Below the pieces are notes generated by a model, which had not been told where the DNA came from, did not search any database, and saw only the letters and a list, made by a program, of their open reading frames with translations. Of a stretch of 64,000 nucleotides of DNA, positions 19,846 through 28,521 are shown piece after piece. The DNA is from Candidatus Aphodosoma sp. (GTDB taxonomy: Bacteria; Bacteroidota; Bacteroidia; Bacteroidales; Paludibacteraceae), in the NCBI GenBank assembly GCA_051870875.1, contig JBJECG010000029.1, positions 5,525 to 69,524 of the forward strand, read 5' to 3'. Every line of letters begins with the position of its first letter. Positions within the stretch are counted from its first letter, which is position 1. The position numbers and the translations under genes were made by a program.

Positions 19846-21033
19846 TTATTTGATGATATCGTATTTGCGGAATACCTTCTCAATTTTATTGAATGCAAAA
19901 TCTATTTGTTCTTTTGTATGTGTTGCCATCAAAGAGAAGCGTATCAGTGTATCGCTCGGAGCGACGGCTGGAGAGATGACCGGATTAACAAAAATGCCTT
20001 CTTCCAACAAATCACGTGTAACGGCAAAAGTTTTGTTATTATCTCTGATATACAATGGTATGATAGGAGTTGTTGTTGGCCCTATTTCACAACCTATATG
20101 ACGGAATCCGTCCAACGCATAGTGTGTCAAGTCCCATAAATGTTGTATTCGTTCTGGTTCATTTATCATGATGTCCAATGCTGCATCTGCAGCTCCTATT
20201 GCAGCCGGAGTTGCACTGGCAGAAAAAATATAACTTCTGGAATTATGACGTAAAAAATTGGCAATAACAGAATTACATGCAATAAACCCTCCTAACGAAG
20301 CAAAGGACTTGGAAAACGTACCCATTATAAGGTCAATATCATCGGTACAGCCGGTTTCATGGCACAGGCCTTGTCCGTTTTTGCCGAATACTCCTATTCC
20401 ATGGGCTTCATCAACCATAATTTGTGCATTGTATTTTTTTGCCAACGCAACGATATCATGCAAAGGAGCCACATCACCTTCCATACTGAATACGCCGTCA
20501 ACGACAATCAATTTTATTTTATCGGGTTTGCAGGTTGACAGAGCTTTTTCGAGTGAAGCCATGTCATTGTGCTTGAATTTTAATGTATTGGAGAAAGACA
20601 GACGTCTGCCTTCGATAATTGACGCATGGTCAGATTCGTCAATTATGATATAATCTTCCCTACCGGTCATGCAGGATATAACACCGAGATTGACTTGAAA
20701 TCCTGTAGAATAGACTATAGCCTCCTCCTTACCTATGAACTTGGCAATTTTGCGTTCAAGATTTTCGTGAATGTCAAGTGTACCGTTAAGAAATCGTGAA
20801 CCGGCACATCCCGTACCGTATTTCTTGATAGCATTGATGGCGGCTTCCTTAACTTTCGGATGATTTGTGAGTCCAAGATAAGAGTTGGAGCCGAACATCA
20901 AAACTTTATGACCGTTGATTGTCACTTCGCAATCCTGCTCGCTGCTGATAGCACGAAAATAAGGATAAATATTAGCAGCTTTTGCTTCTTGAGGAGCAGT
21001 ATACTTTGATAATTTTTGCTCTAAAAGATTCAT
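19846..21033 (-). CDS. spt: alpha-oxoamine synthase family PLP enzyme, most like Bacteroidota serine palmitoyltransferase
   Basis: AOS-family motifs are present ([52 protein letters not shown] with the PLP lysine). The overall pattern, including the N-terminal LLEQKLSKY...YPYFR, matches my memory of Bacteroides Spt. The start at ATG 21031-21033 is supported by the -7 box at 21073-21080. Confidence 0.7.
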   Translation of the reverse strand: MNLLEQKLSKYTAPQEAKAANIYPYFRAISSEQDCEVTINGHKVLMFGSNSYLGLTNHPKVKEAAINAIKKYGTGCAGSRFLNGTLDIHENLERKIAKFIGKEEAIVYSTGFQVNLGVISCMTGREDYIIIDESDHASIIEGRRLSFSNTLKFKHNDMASLEKALSTCKPDKIKLIVVDGVFSMEGDVAPLHDIVALAKKYNAQIMVDEAHGIGVFGKNGQGLCHETGCTDDIDLIMGTFSKSFASLGGFIACNSVIANFLRHNSRSYIFSASATPAAIGAADAALDIMINEPERIQHLWDLTHYALDGFRHIGCEIGPTTTPIIPLYIRDNNKTFAVTRDLLEEGIFVNPVISPAVAPSDTLIRFSLMATHTKEQIDFAFNKIEKVFRKYDIIK

Positions 21034-21072
21034 CGTTGATAAAATGTTTTTGGTTGGTAAAAGATGAAACAG

Positions 21073-21080
21073 CAAATATA
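21073..21080 (-). promoter_or_regulatory. candidate -7 promoter box for spt(-panB)
   Basis: Plus-strand CAAATATA (TATATTTG on the minus strand), 40 nt upstream of ATG 21033. It lies on top of the longer ORF-track start at 21075. Confidence 0.45.
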
Positions 21081-21153
21081 TTTGTTTTCATTTATTGATC
21101 GGGAGTGTCTGCATTATTGAAGCAAACACTCCCAATTAATTGATTGTTAACGA

Positions 21154-22923
21154 TTATCCGTTGTTTGACAAGTCGTTTATTTTTTCAGATATAATTTTCA
21201 GATCCAGTTTGAGATTCTTGATTTTTTGTTCCAAATCTCGTACCAACGTATTTTGTTTACTATTATTGTTTGAAAAAAATCCGATATTGTTTTCGTATGT
21301 GGCTATCTGTTGTTTCAGATTTTCATACTGACGGGTCAGCTTGTTCAAATCATTACCGAAAGAAAGTTGTGCTGAACGTCGTTTTGAACGAAGCAGTCCG
21401 AATTTCTCATTTGTGGCTTCCTTGAAAGCTTTGTATACAGAATCTTTTTCTTTATATGGTACATGACCGATAACCTGATATTTGTCGGCAAGGTTTCTCA
21501 GATTGGAAAAATCATCATCATCATTACCTGTTAACTGATAGTTTTTGATAGCTTCTATAACTTCGTACTTCAATTGAAGGTTCTGCTGTTCTTCGTTTTT
21601 CTGTTGTTTCAGGTTTATCTCCTTTTGTGAGAAGAAATGGTCACATGCGGCCGTGAAACGTTGCCAGATGGCATCACTGTATTTTTTTGCAACGGGTCCT
21701 ATGGTTTTCCACTCTTTCTGAAGTGCTATAAGCTGGTTGGTGGCAGAAACCCATTGTGTGCTGTTTTTAAGTTGTTCGGCTTTTTCTACAAGTTTCTTTT
21801 TCTTGTCGTAATTGGCTTGCAACTCATCTTTGATTTTCTTGTAATATTCATTTTTTGCTTCAAAGAAAACATTGCAAGCCTGGCGGTAACGCTTGTAGAG
21901 TTTAGATACAACACGACGTTCTGTCGGTGTGACAGGACGGAATCTGACATTCGTTGCAATCACTTTTTCCGCTTCGTCTTCCCATTGTCTGTATGTTGTA
22001 AGGGCATCAAGTTTTATTGATTCGATATCAGTACAAATCTTCTCCAATTCGGCAGTCAGAACCTGTTCCTGTTCTTTAAGCTGTTCAAAAAAAGCCTGAT
22101 GCTTGCGGTTTATGACCGAAGATGCGTCTTTGAATCTTGTCCATGTCTCTTCGCGCAACTCCCTGGCTATAGGGCCTATTTCACGCCATTTATCGTGAAG
22201 AAGTTGTAATGTTTTGAATGCTTTGACTATATCTTCCTCTTTTTGGAGTTCTTCGGCTTGGAAAATCAGATTGTACTTTGCCTCCAGATTTTTCTTGAAA
22301 TCATATTCACGAAGAGCAGCATTTATCTTTATCAAATCGTAAAATTGCTCTTGATAATAGTTATATTCTTTCCAAATATCATTGACAACGGCAGCAGGTA
22401 CCTGTCCGATATTTTTCCATTCAGCCTGTAGGTTACGGAATGTGGGAAGTGTCTCCGACAAATCATCCGTTGATGATACCAATGCTTCCAATTGGCTGAT
22501 GATTTCTTTTTTCTTTTGATAATTTGCTTCTTGTTCGGCTTCTATTCTTGCTTTATAAGCAGCACGTTTTTCCCGGTATATAGCCATTACAGCCTTATAT
22601 TCTGCCTCTATAGAACTTGGTGTGTCTGTCTCATTTTCTGGTTGTCCGTTGTCGTTTCCGGCAGCAATTGTTTCATCATCAGATTCCATTTCTCCCGAGG
22701 GCTGCCGGTTTTCACCGATTTCAGAGCCAAAAGAGGTATCACGTCCGGTTTTTTGTCTTTTATAGAAAAAGATTTTAATTAGTTCTACCTGATCCTTGAT
22801 CGAACTGATTTCTTTGTTGTCAACAAGGTCACGCAAATAGTCTACAAGTTGTTCACGATTTAGCTCTGCAAAATTTGGAGTGTTCAAATTTTGTTCGTTA
22901 ATAGTGGGGGTTTGTTCATCCAT
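21154..22923 (-). CDS. DUF349 domain-containing protein
   Basis: 589 aa, highly charged and helical. It has repeated ...W(K/R)xIGxVP... modules (EWKNIGQVP, KWREIGPIA, EWKTIGPVA, KYQVIGHVP), typical of DUF349 repeats. Confidence 0.75.
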   Translation of the reverse strand: MDEQTPTINEQNLNTPNFAELNREQLVDYLRDLVDNKEISSIKDQVELIKIFFYKRQKTGRDTSFGSEIGENRQPSGEMESDDETIAAGNDNGQPENETDTPSSIEAEYKAVMAIYREKRAAYKARIEAEQEANYQKKKEIISQLEALVSSTDDLSETLPTFRNLQAEWKNIGQVPAAVVNDIWKEYNYYQEQFYDLIKINAALREYDFKKNLEAKYNLIFQAEELQKEEDIVKAFKTLQLLHDKWREIGPIARELREETWTRFKDASSVINRKHQAFFEQLKEQEQVLTAELEKICTDIESIKLDALTTYRQWEDEAEKVIATNVRFRPVTPTERRVVSKLYKRYRQACNVFFEAKNEYYKKIKDELQANYDKKKKLVEKAEQLKNSTQWVSATNQLIALQKEWKTIGPVAKKYSDAIWQRFTAACDHFFSQKEINLKQQKNEEQQNLQLKYEVIEAIKNYQLTGNDDDDFSNLRNLADKYQVIGHVPYKEKDSVYKAFKEATNEKFGLLRSKRRSAQLSFGNDLNKLTRQYENLKQQIATYENNIGFFSNNNSKQNTLVRDLEQKIKNLKLDLKIISEKINDLSNNG

Positions 22924-22982
22924 AATAATTGAGGTTTATTAATCTATCGAGAAGAGTAGAATGTTGAATAGTTTTCAGGATA

Positions 22983-22990
22983 CAAAAGTA
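22983..22990 (-). promoter_or_regulatory. candidate -7 promoter box for the DUF349 gene
   Basis: Plus-strand CAAAAGTA (TACTTTTG on the minus strand), 60 nt upstream of the ATG at 22923. Confidence 0.4.
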
Positions 22991-23056
22991 CAAATTAAAA
23001 TTGAAACAATAAATGTAATTTATGCTTTTCTATTAAGATTGAGTGTTTTATGACAA

Positions 23057-24259
23057 CTATATTGATTTAGCCTTTTTGGTTGTCAGCCGACCTATTGTCA
23101 TGATATATAAATTGATGATTGGCAAAATGATATCGTACATCATTATGAGGATAGGATTGAATCCTGATTCTTTGTAGTAATGTGATGTCTTGTTGATAAT
23201 AACTGTCTGGACCAGCAATTTGAGAAATACAGTTGTAATCGTGGCTGCCAATAGGTATGCAGACGAGTGAAACAGAGTTAGAAGCAAAACCGAAGAGAGC
23301 CAAAATATCCAACGTGCCAGAGGTTCAACAGATATGACCCATTTGCTCCGTCTGGTGTAATTGGTGTATGTGTACAGTAAAAGGTGTAGTTTCTGAAAAT
23401 ACCAATTGGCAAACGAGATTTTTGGTATTGTTATGGTTTTGGCTGCCAAAGACGGTTGAACAGCTGTGTTTTTTCGAGTAGCGAAATGATTTATAAACAG
23501 GGCATCATCACCAAATGCCACATGCAGATGTCCGGCAAATCCTTTATTATCCATAAAAAATGACTTCCGGTAAGACATGTTACGGCCAACTCCCATATAT
23601 GGTTGGATATGAGATGCAATACCTATATATTTCATGGCTGTAACCAAAGTGTCTAATGCTATCATCTTGCTGACGAATGAGTTTTTGTACTGCAGACAAG
23701 CCCCATATCCCAAAACAATATCAGTTTCAGGAGTGTATGCTTTTACAAGTTCTTCAATCCAATGTGGTGTATATGGGCGGCATCCTGTATCGGTAAAAAT
23801 CAGGATGTCGTTTCTGGCTGCTTTTACGCCAATGGTAATAGCCAGCTTTTTGTGGGATATAATTCTTGTTTCATCTGGGATATGGGTTGTATACAGTCGT
23901 GGATATTGTTTTTGCAATGTAAGTACTGCGAGCGAAGTTTCTTCATCCATACGACCGTCATTTACCAATATCACTTCATAGTCGGGATACTGTTGTTCGA
24001 GTACAAGTGGTAGAAAATTACAAATATTTTCTGCATCGTATCGTGCATAAATGATGACTGACACACCAGGAAGGGCAGAAGTACCGGTTGTCTTGACAGC
24101 ACTATCAGATGATGGGTTATGTTTTTTTGAATGTTTTTGTTTGTATTCGTATTGTAAAATGGAAGTATCTATAAGCAGGTAGTGGATCACTTCCACGACA
24201 GTTGTAATGGCCAAACAAACAGACAGTGAGTATATAATAATAGTATTTATTTCAAACAT
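23057..24259 (-). CDS. membrane-bound family 2 glycosyltransferase
   Basis: 400 aa. An N-terminal TM is followed by VSVIIYARYD...YPDYEVILVNDG (GT2 DxD context) and FTDTGC, then several C-terminal TM helices. Confidence 0.8.
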   Translation of the reverse strand: MFEINTIIIYSLSVCLAITTVVEVIHYLLIDTSILQYEYKQKHSKKHNPSSDSAVKTTGTSALPGVSVIIYARYDAENICNFLPLVLEQQYPDYEVILVNDGRMDEETSLAVLTLQKQYPRLYTTHIPDETRIISHKKLAITIGVKAARNDILIFTDTGCRPYTPHWIEELVKAYTPETDIVLGYGACLQYKNSFVSKMIALDTLVTAMKYIGIASHIQPYMGVGRNMSYRKSFFMDNKGFAGHLHVAFGDDALFINHFATRKNTAVQPSLAAKTITIPKISFANWYFQKLHLLLYTYTNYTRRSKWVISVEPLARWIFWLSSVLLLTLFHSSAYLLAATITTVFLKLLVQTVIINKTSHYYKESGFNPILIMMYDIILPIINLYIMTIGRLTTKKAKSI

Positions 24260-24302
24260 AGTAACTTCCGTACATGTGCCGTTATTATCCTAAAAACAAT
24301 CA

Positions 24303-24310
24303 CAAAGGTA
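24303..24310 (-). promoter_or_regulatory. candidate -7 promoter box for the GT2 gene
   Basis: Plus-strand CAAAGGTA, 44 nt upstream of the ATG at 24259. Confidence 0.45.
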
Positions 24311-24391
24311 ATAATTTTTATTCAGATAAAGAGTATTACCAACGACTAAAGCAACCGACTGTAAAGCCAATGTTTTGCAGTTGTCCTATAA

Positions 24392-24428
24392 TAAAAAGGC
24401 TATGCAGAATCATTTTTTCTGCATAGCC
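24392..24428 (-). terminator. intrinsic terminator after the DUF1015 gene
   Basis: ggctatgcagaa / tcatttt / ttctgcatagcc (12-bp perfect stem, 24398-24428). The reverse strand continues TTTTTAT. Confidence 0.7.
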
Positions 24429-24460
24429 AATAAACGAAAAATGTACAGACTTTACGTAAA

Positions 24461-25708
24461 TCAATCATCGAGTTTGTGGATAATGATGCCTGAACGTAGT
24501 TTGGGTTCAAACCATGTAGTTTTCGGTGGCATGATATTTCCTGTGTCGGCAATGTCAATAATTTGTTGCATCGTTACAGGGTAGAGAGCCAAGGCTACTT
24601 TCATTTCACCTGAATCAACACGCCGTTTCAACTCTTCAAGGCCACGGATACCTCCAACGAAATCAATGCGTTTGTCAGAACGCAGATCTTTAATTCCAAG
24701 AATCTGGTCAAGTATAAGATTTGATGAGATGGTTACGTCCAAAACTCCTATTGGATCGTTATCGTTATAAGTACCAGGTTTTGCTGTGAGTGAATACCAT
24801 TTACCTCCAAGGTAGAGGCTGAAATTGTGTAATTTGGTCGGATGGTAAATTTCAGTTCCCTTTTCGACAATATCGAAATTTTTTGCAACTGCATCGAGGA
24901 ACTGCCGTTCGGTCAAGCCGTTAAGGTCTTTTACAACGCGATTGTAGTCTATGATATTGAGTTGGTTGTCTGGGAAACAAACAGCAAGGAAGTACATGTA
25001 CTCTTCATTGCCTTTGTGATTTGGATTGTTGCGACGTTTCTCATCGCCAACCAAGGCTGCAGCAGCGGAACGATGGTGGCCGTCAGCGATATAGAATGCA
25101 GGAAGTTTGGCGAATAATTCGGTAATACGAGCGATGGTTTTTTCATCGTCAATAACCCAGAAATGGTGGCCGAATCCATCGGGAGCAACGAAATCGTATT
25201 CTGCAGGACCAGCTACAACTTTGCTTACAATCTGGTCTATTTCATCAATGTGCGGGTATGCGAAGAATACGGGTTCGATGTTGGCATTGTTGATTCGCAC
25301 ATGTTTCATGCGGTCTTCTTCTTTGTCTCGACGGGTAAGTTCGTGTTTTTTTATCTTGCCGGTCATATAGTCATCGACATACGCACCTACACAAAGACCG
25401 TATTGGGTCTTGCCGTTCATTGTTTGTGCGTATACATAATAATTTTCCTTCTTGTCCTGTACCAACCAGCCTTTTTCCTGGAACTTTCTGAAGTTTTCCA
25501 CGGCTTTGTCATATACTTTGGGGTCGTGTTCGTCTGTTCCGGCCGGGAAATCAATTTCCGGTTTAATGATATGATAAAGTGATTTCTCATTACCTTCAGC
25601 TTCTTTGCGAGCTTCTTCGGAGTTCAATACATCGTATGGACGGGATGCTACTTGTTCAACAAGATTTTTCGGGGGGCGTACACCCTTAAACGGTTTGATG
25701 GTTGCCAT
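24461..25708 (-). CDS. DUF1015 domain-containing protein
   Basis: 415 aa. The N-terminal MATIKPFKGVRP...VASRPYDVL and the ADGHHR motif are characteristic of DUF1015 (recognised from memory). Confidence 0.75.
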   Translation of the reverse strand: MATIKPFKGVRPPKNLVEQVASRPYDVLNSEEARKEAEGNEKSLYHIIKPEIDFPAGTDEHDPKVYDKAVENFRKFQEKGWLVQDKKENYYVYAQTMNGKTQYGLCVGAYVDDYMTGKIKKHELTRRDKEEDRMKHVRINNANIEPVFFAYPHIDEIDQIVSKVVAGPAEYDFVAPDGFGHHFWVIDDEKTIARITELFAKLPAFYIADGHHRSAAAALVGDEKRRNNPNHKGNEEYMYFLAVCFPDNQLNIIDYNRVVKDLNGLTERQFLDAVAKNFDIVEKGTEIYHPTKLHNFSLYLGGKWYSLTAKPGTYNDNDPIGVLDVTISSNLILDQILGIKDLRSDKRIDFVGGIRGLEELKRRVDSGEMKVALALYPVTMQQIIDIADTGNIMPPKTTWFEPKLRSGIIIHKLDD

Positions 25709-25772
25709 AGTAAATTAGTTGTTGTTATTTTGGTTTGATTGTTTTGTTATTACACATTGGTATTACAGCACG

Positions 25773-25780
25773 CAAAGTTA
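25773..25780 (-). promoter_or_regulatory. candidate -7 promoter box for the DUF1015 gene
   Basis: Plus-strand CAAAGTTA, 65 nt upstream of the ATG at 25708. Confidence 0.45.
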
Positions 25781-25841
25781 CAATATTTTTTCAGACTATG
25801 CAATGTCACACAATGTCGCTGCCTTTTGATGTATTTCCAAG

Positions 25842-28049
25842 TCAATTCCCCATTTCAGAAATAAACTTAATGCGTACCAGACGTACTTCTTCTTCACTAT
25901 AGTCGTTTTCACCCAGATAACGCAGGGCATCTTGTATGTTGTCAGTTTGAGCTTCATTTTTAAAATAATCGAATATCTCGTCGATTTGGTCTTCATCCAT
26001 GATTTTATCAAGGAAATAATCGATATTCAATTTGGTACCGGAATAGACAATAGCCTCCATATCGTCGAGGACATCTCCGAAATCCATACCTTCGAATTGA
26101 GCCCATTCATCAAGTTCCTTTTTGTTGTCGATTGCTTGTATAATTGCCAATTTGCGCAATGATTTGTTTGGCATCATGCGAACGCGCAAATCTTCAGGGC
26201 GTTCAATGTCATTTTCATTTACATGACGCCGTATTAAATCGACAAATTCCTGTCCGTAACGGTTGGCCTTACCTTCACCTACTCCGGGAATGTTCTGCAA
26301 TTCGTTGAGATTTACGGGGTATGTGGTAGCCATTGCTTCCAAAGACGGATCCTGAAATATGACAAACGGGGGGAGCTTGAGATCTTTTGCTATTTTTTTC
26401 CGCAGTTCTTTCAACATCGAAAACAATACCGGGTCAACAGCGCATGTACCGCCTGTATGCTGAGGTACGGATTCCGTTTCTTCAGTAAAATCGTTGTCTT
26501 TTGAAACTTTGAAAGAAGTCGGATTGCTGATAAATTTTTTCCCTGCTGCAGTTATTTTCAGTATGCCGTAGTTTTCTATTTCTTTATCTATGTATTTGCT
26601 GATAAGAGCTTGTCTTATAACAGCCGGGAGCAATTGCTTTTCTTCCTCAGATATGGAGTCGAAAGAATCCAGCTCATTGAGTTTATAGGCTTTGACATCA
26701 GCACTTTCTTTACCAGACAAAACATCGGCAATAACATCAGCTTTGAATTTTTCTTTTGTAGCGACGATTGTTTCCAATACGGCGCAAAGTAAATCTTTTG
26801 TTTCCACTTGTTTTTTAGGATTTAAACAGTTGTCACAATTTCCACAATTATCCGGTTCGTAGGTTTCGCCAAAATAATTGAACAGTATCTTGCGCCGGCA
26901 CATAGATGATTCTGCATAAGCAGCAGTTTCAAGCAACAGCTGGCGCCCGATTTCCTGTTCACTGATCGGTTTGCCTTGTGAGAATTTCTCTAATTTTTCG
27001 AGGTCTTTTTTACTGTAAAAGGCAATACAATTGCCTTCTCCGCCATCCCGCCCGGCCCTCCCGGTTTCCTGGTAGTAACCTTCAAGTGATTTTGGAATGT
27101 CGTAGTGTATCACATAACGGACATCAGGTTTGTCTATACCCATACCGAATGCTATTGTAGCCACGATAACTTTGGTTTTTTCCATCAAAAATTTGTCCTG
27201 ATTTTCACTGCGGAGAGCAGAATCCATACCGGCATGATATGGCAGAGCCGATATGCCGTTAATAATGAGTATATTCGCCAAATCTTCCACTTTCTGACGA
27301 CTCAGGCAGTATATGATCCCTGATTTTCCAGGCTGGCTTTTTATGTATTTAATAATTTCTTTTTCTACGTTTTCTGTTTTCGGACGTATTTCGTAGTAGA
27401 GATTCGGACGGTTGAATGATGACTTAAACAGTGTGGCATCTGTCATACCCAGTGTTTTTTGAATGTCATGTTGCACTTTAGGCGTAGCCGTAGCTGTAAG
27501 CGCAATGACCGGAGCATTGCCTATGGCATTGATTATTGGACGTACACGCCTATATTCTGGGCGGAAATCGTGTCCCCATTCCGATATGCAATGTGCTTCA
27601 TCAATAGCATAGAATGATATCTTCACACTTCGCAGGAATGTCATATTTTCTTCTTTGTTAAGCGATTCCGGTGCGACGTACAATATCTTGGTACGGCCGC
27701 TTTTGATGTCTGACTTCACATCCTCAATGGCCATCCTGGTAAGCGATGAATTGAGGAAGTGGGCTATAGAATCATCATCGGCAAAACGACGCATGGCATC
27801 AACTTGATTTTTCATCAAAGCTATCAGAGGAGATATGACTATCGCCGTACCTTCCATAAGCAAAGCTGGAAGCTGGTAACACAATGACTTGCCTCCTCCG
27901 GTAGGCATCAGTACAAATGTATCCTTGCCGTCAAGAATATTTTGGATAATTTCTTCCTGATTACCCTTGAATGTATCAAAGCCAAAATATTTTTTGAGTG
28001 CAGTGGTGAGAAGTGTCTGTTTTACCATAGCTTTAGTTTTTTGTGGCAC
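25842..28049 (-). CDS. recQ: ATP-dependent DNA helicase RecQ
   Basis: 735 aa: FGFDTFKGNQEEII, MPTGGGKS, DEAHCISEWGHDFRPEY, a Zn-binding CRRK...CGNCDNC cluster, and an HRDC-like segment. An alternative ATG lies 21 nt downstream. Confidence 0.92.
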   Translation of the reverse strand: MPQKTKAMVKQTLLTTALKKYFGFDTFKGNQEEIIQNILDGKDTFVLMPTGGGKSLCYQLPALLMEGTAIVISPLIALMKNQVDAMRRFADDDSIAHFLNSSLTRMAIEDVKSDIKSGRTKILYVAPESLNKEENMTFLRSVKISFYAIDEAHCISEWGHDFRPEYRRVRPIINAIGNAPVIALTATATPKVQHDIQKTLGMTDATLFKSSFNRPNLYYEIRPKTENVEKEIIKYIKSQPGKSGIIYCLSRQKVEDLANILIINGISALPYHAGMDSALRSENQDKFLMEKTKVIVATIAFGMGIDKPDVRYVIHYDIPKSLEGYYQETGRAGRDGGEGNCIAFYSKKDLEKLEKFSQGKPISEQEIGRQLLLETAAYAESSMCRRKILFNYFGETYEPDNCGNCDNCLNPKKQVETKDLLCAVLETIVATKEKFKADVIADVLSGKESADVKAYKLNELDSFDSISEEEKQLLPAVIRQALISKYIDKEIENYGILKITAAGKKFISNPTSFKVSKDNDFTEETESVPQHTGGTCAVDPVLFSMLKELRKKIAKDLKLPPFVIFQDPSLEAMATTYPVNLNELQNIPGVGEGKANRYGQEFVDLIRRHVNENDIERPEDLRVRMMPNKSLRKLAIIQAIDNKKELDEWAQFEGMDFGDVLDDMEAIVYSGTKLNIDYFLDKIMDEDQIDEIFDYFKNEAQTDNIQDALRYLGENDYSEEEVRLVRIKFISEMGN

Positions 28050-28074
28050 TCTATGATATGCCTGTTTCCAAATA

Positions 28075-28082
28075 CAAATTTA
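28075..28082 (-). promoter_or_regulatory. candidate -7 promoter box for recQ
   Basis: Plus-strand CAAATTTA, 26 nt upstream of the ATG at 28049. Confidence 0.4.
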
Positions 28083-28505
28083 TACTCTTTTGTCGATATA
28101 ATCCAAATATTTTTTGATGAAATTGTCGCTTTTTCCATAATTGTGTTGTTAATATCATATTATATCATTGAATCATAGTGTGATATATGCTAATTTTGTT
28201 GGGCGAAATTGCCGGCAATGTTTGTCTCGGATAAATGTTTTCAGCATGTGTATTTTTAGGTGTACCAAAATTTGGGTATGGTTATGGCAACCGGTATGGT
28301 TTCTTTGTTGCGGAGGTTACCTATGATGGTCTTTTTGTTATTTATCAGAGATAAATTCGATGAATACAGTGTGCGCGTCATATTTTATTTTCTGTCTGTA
28401 ACTTTTTCGCAGAAACGTTCTTTGGAAACTTTTGAAATACGCTTGTTTTGTTTTTTTGAGATTTTATTTAGTGCAATATAAGTCTGCCGTATGCAATAAA
28501 TATAT

Positions 28506-28513
28506 TACCTTTG
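28506..28513 (+). promoter_or_regulatory. candidate -7 promoter box TACCTTTG abutting the porin gene start
   Basis: Exact TAnnTTTG ending 8 nt before ATG 28522. This predicts a leaderless or very short-leader mRNA. Confidence 0.35.
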
Positions 28514-28521
28514 TAACTTGT

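Noticed and set aside
24475-24483. Perfect DnaA-box consensus TGTGGATAA
   Set aside because: It is a single copy inside the DUF1015 coding sequence with no neighbouring boxes or AT-rich unwinding element. A chance occurrence is expected.
28208-28219. 12-bp perfect palindrome ATTGCCGGCAAT in the recQ/porin divergent intergenic region, as an operator
   Set aside because: It is a short isolated palindrome about 130 nt from one promoter box and about 290 nt from the other. There is no second copy or partner regulator, so the support is too weak to report.
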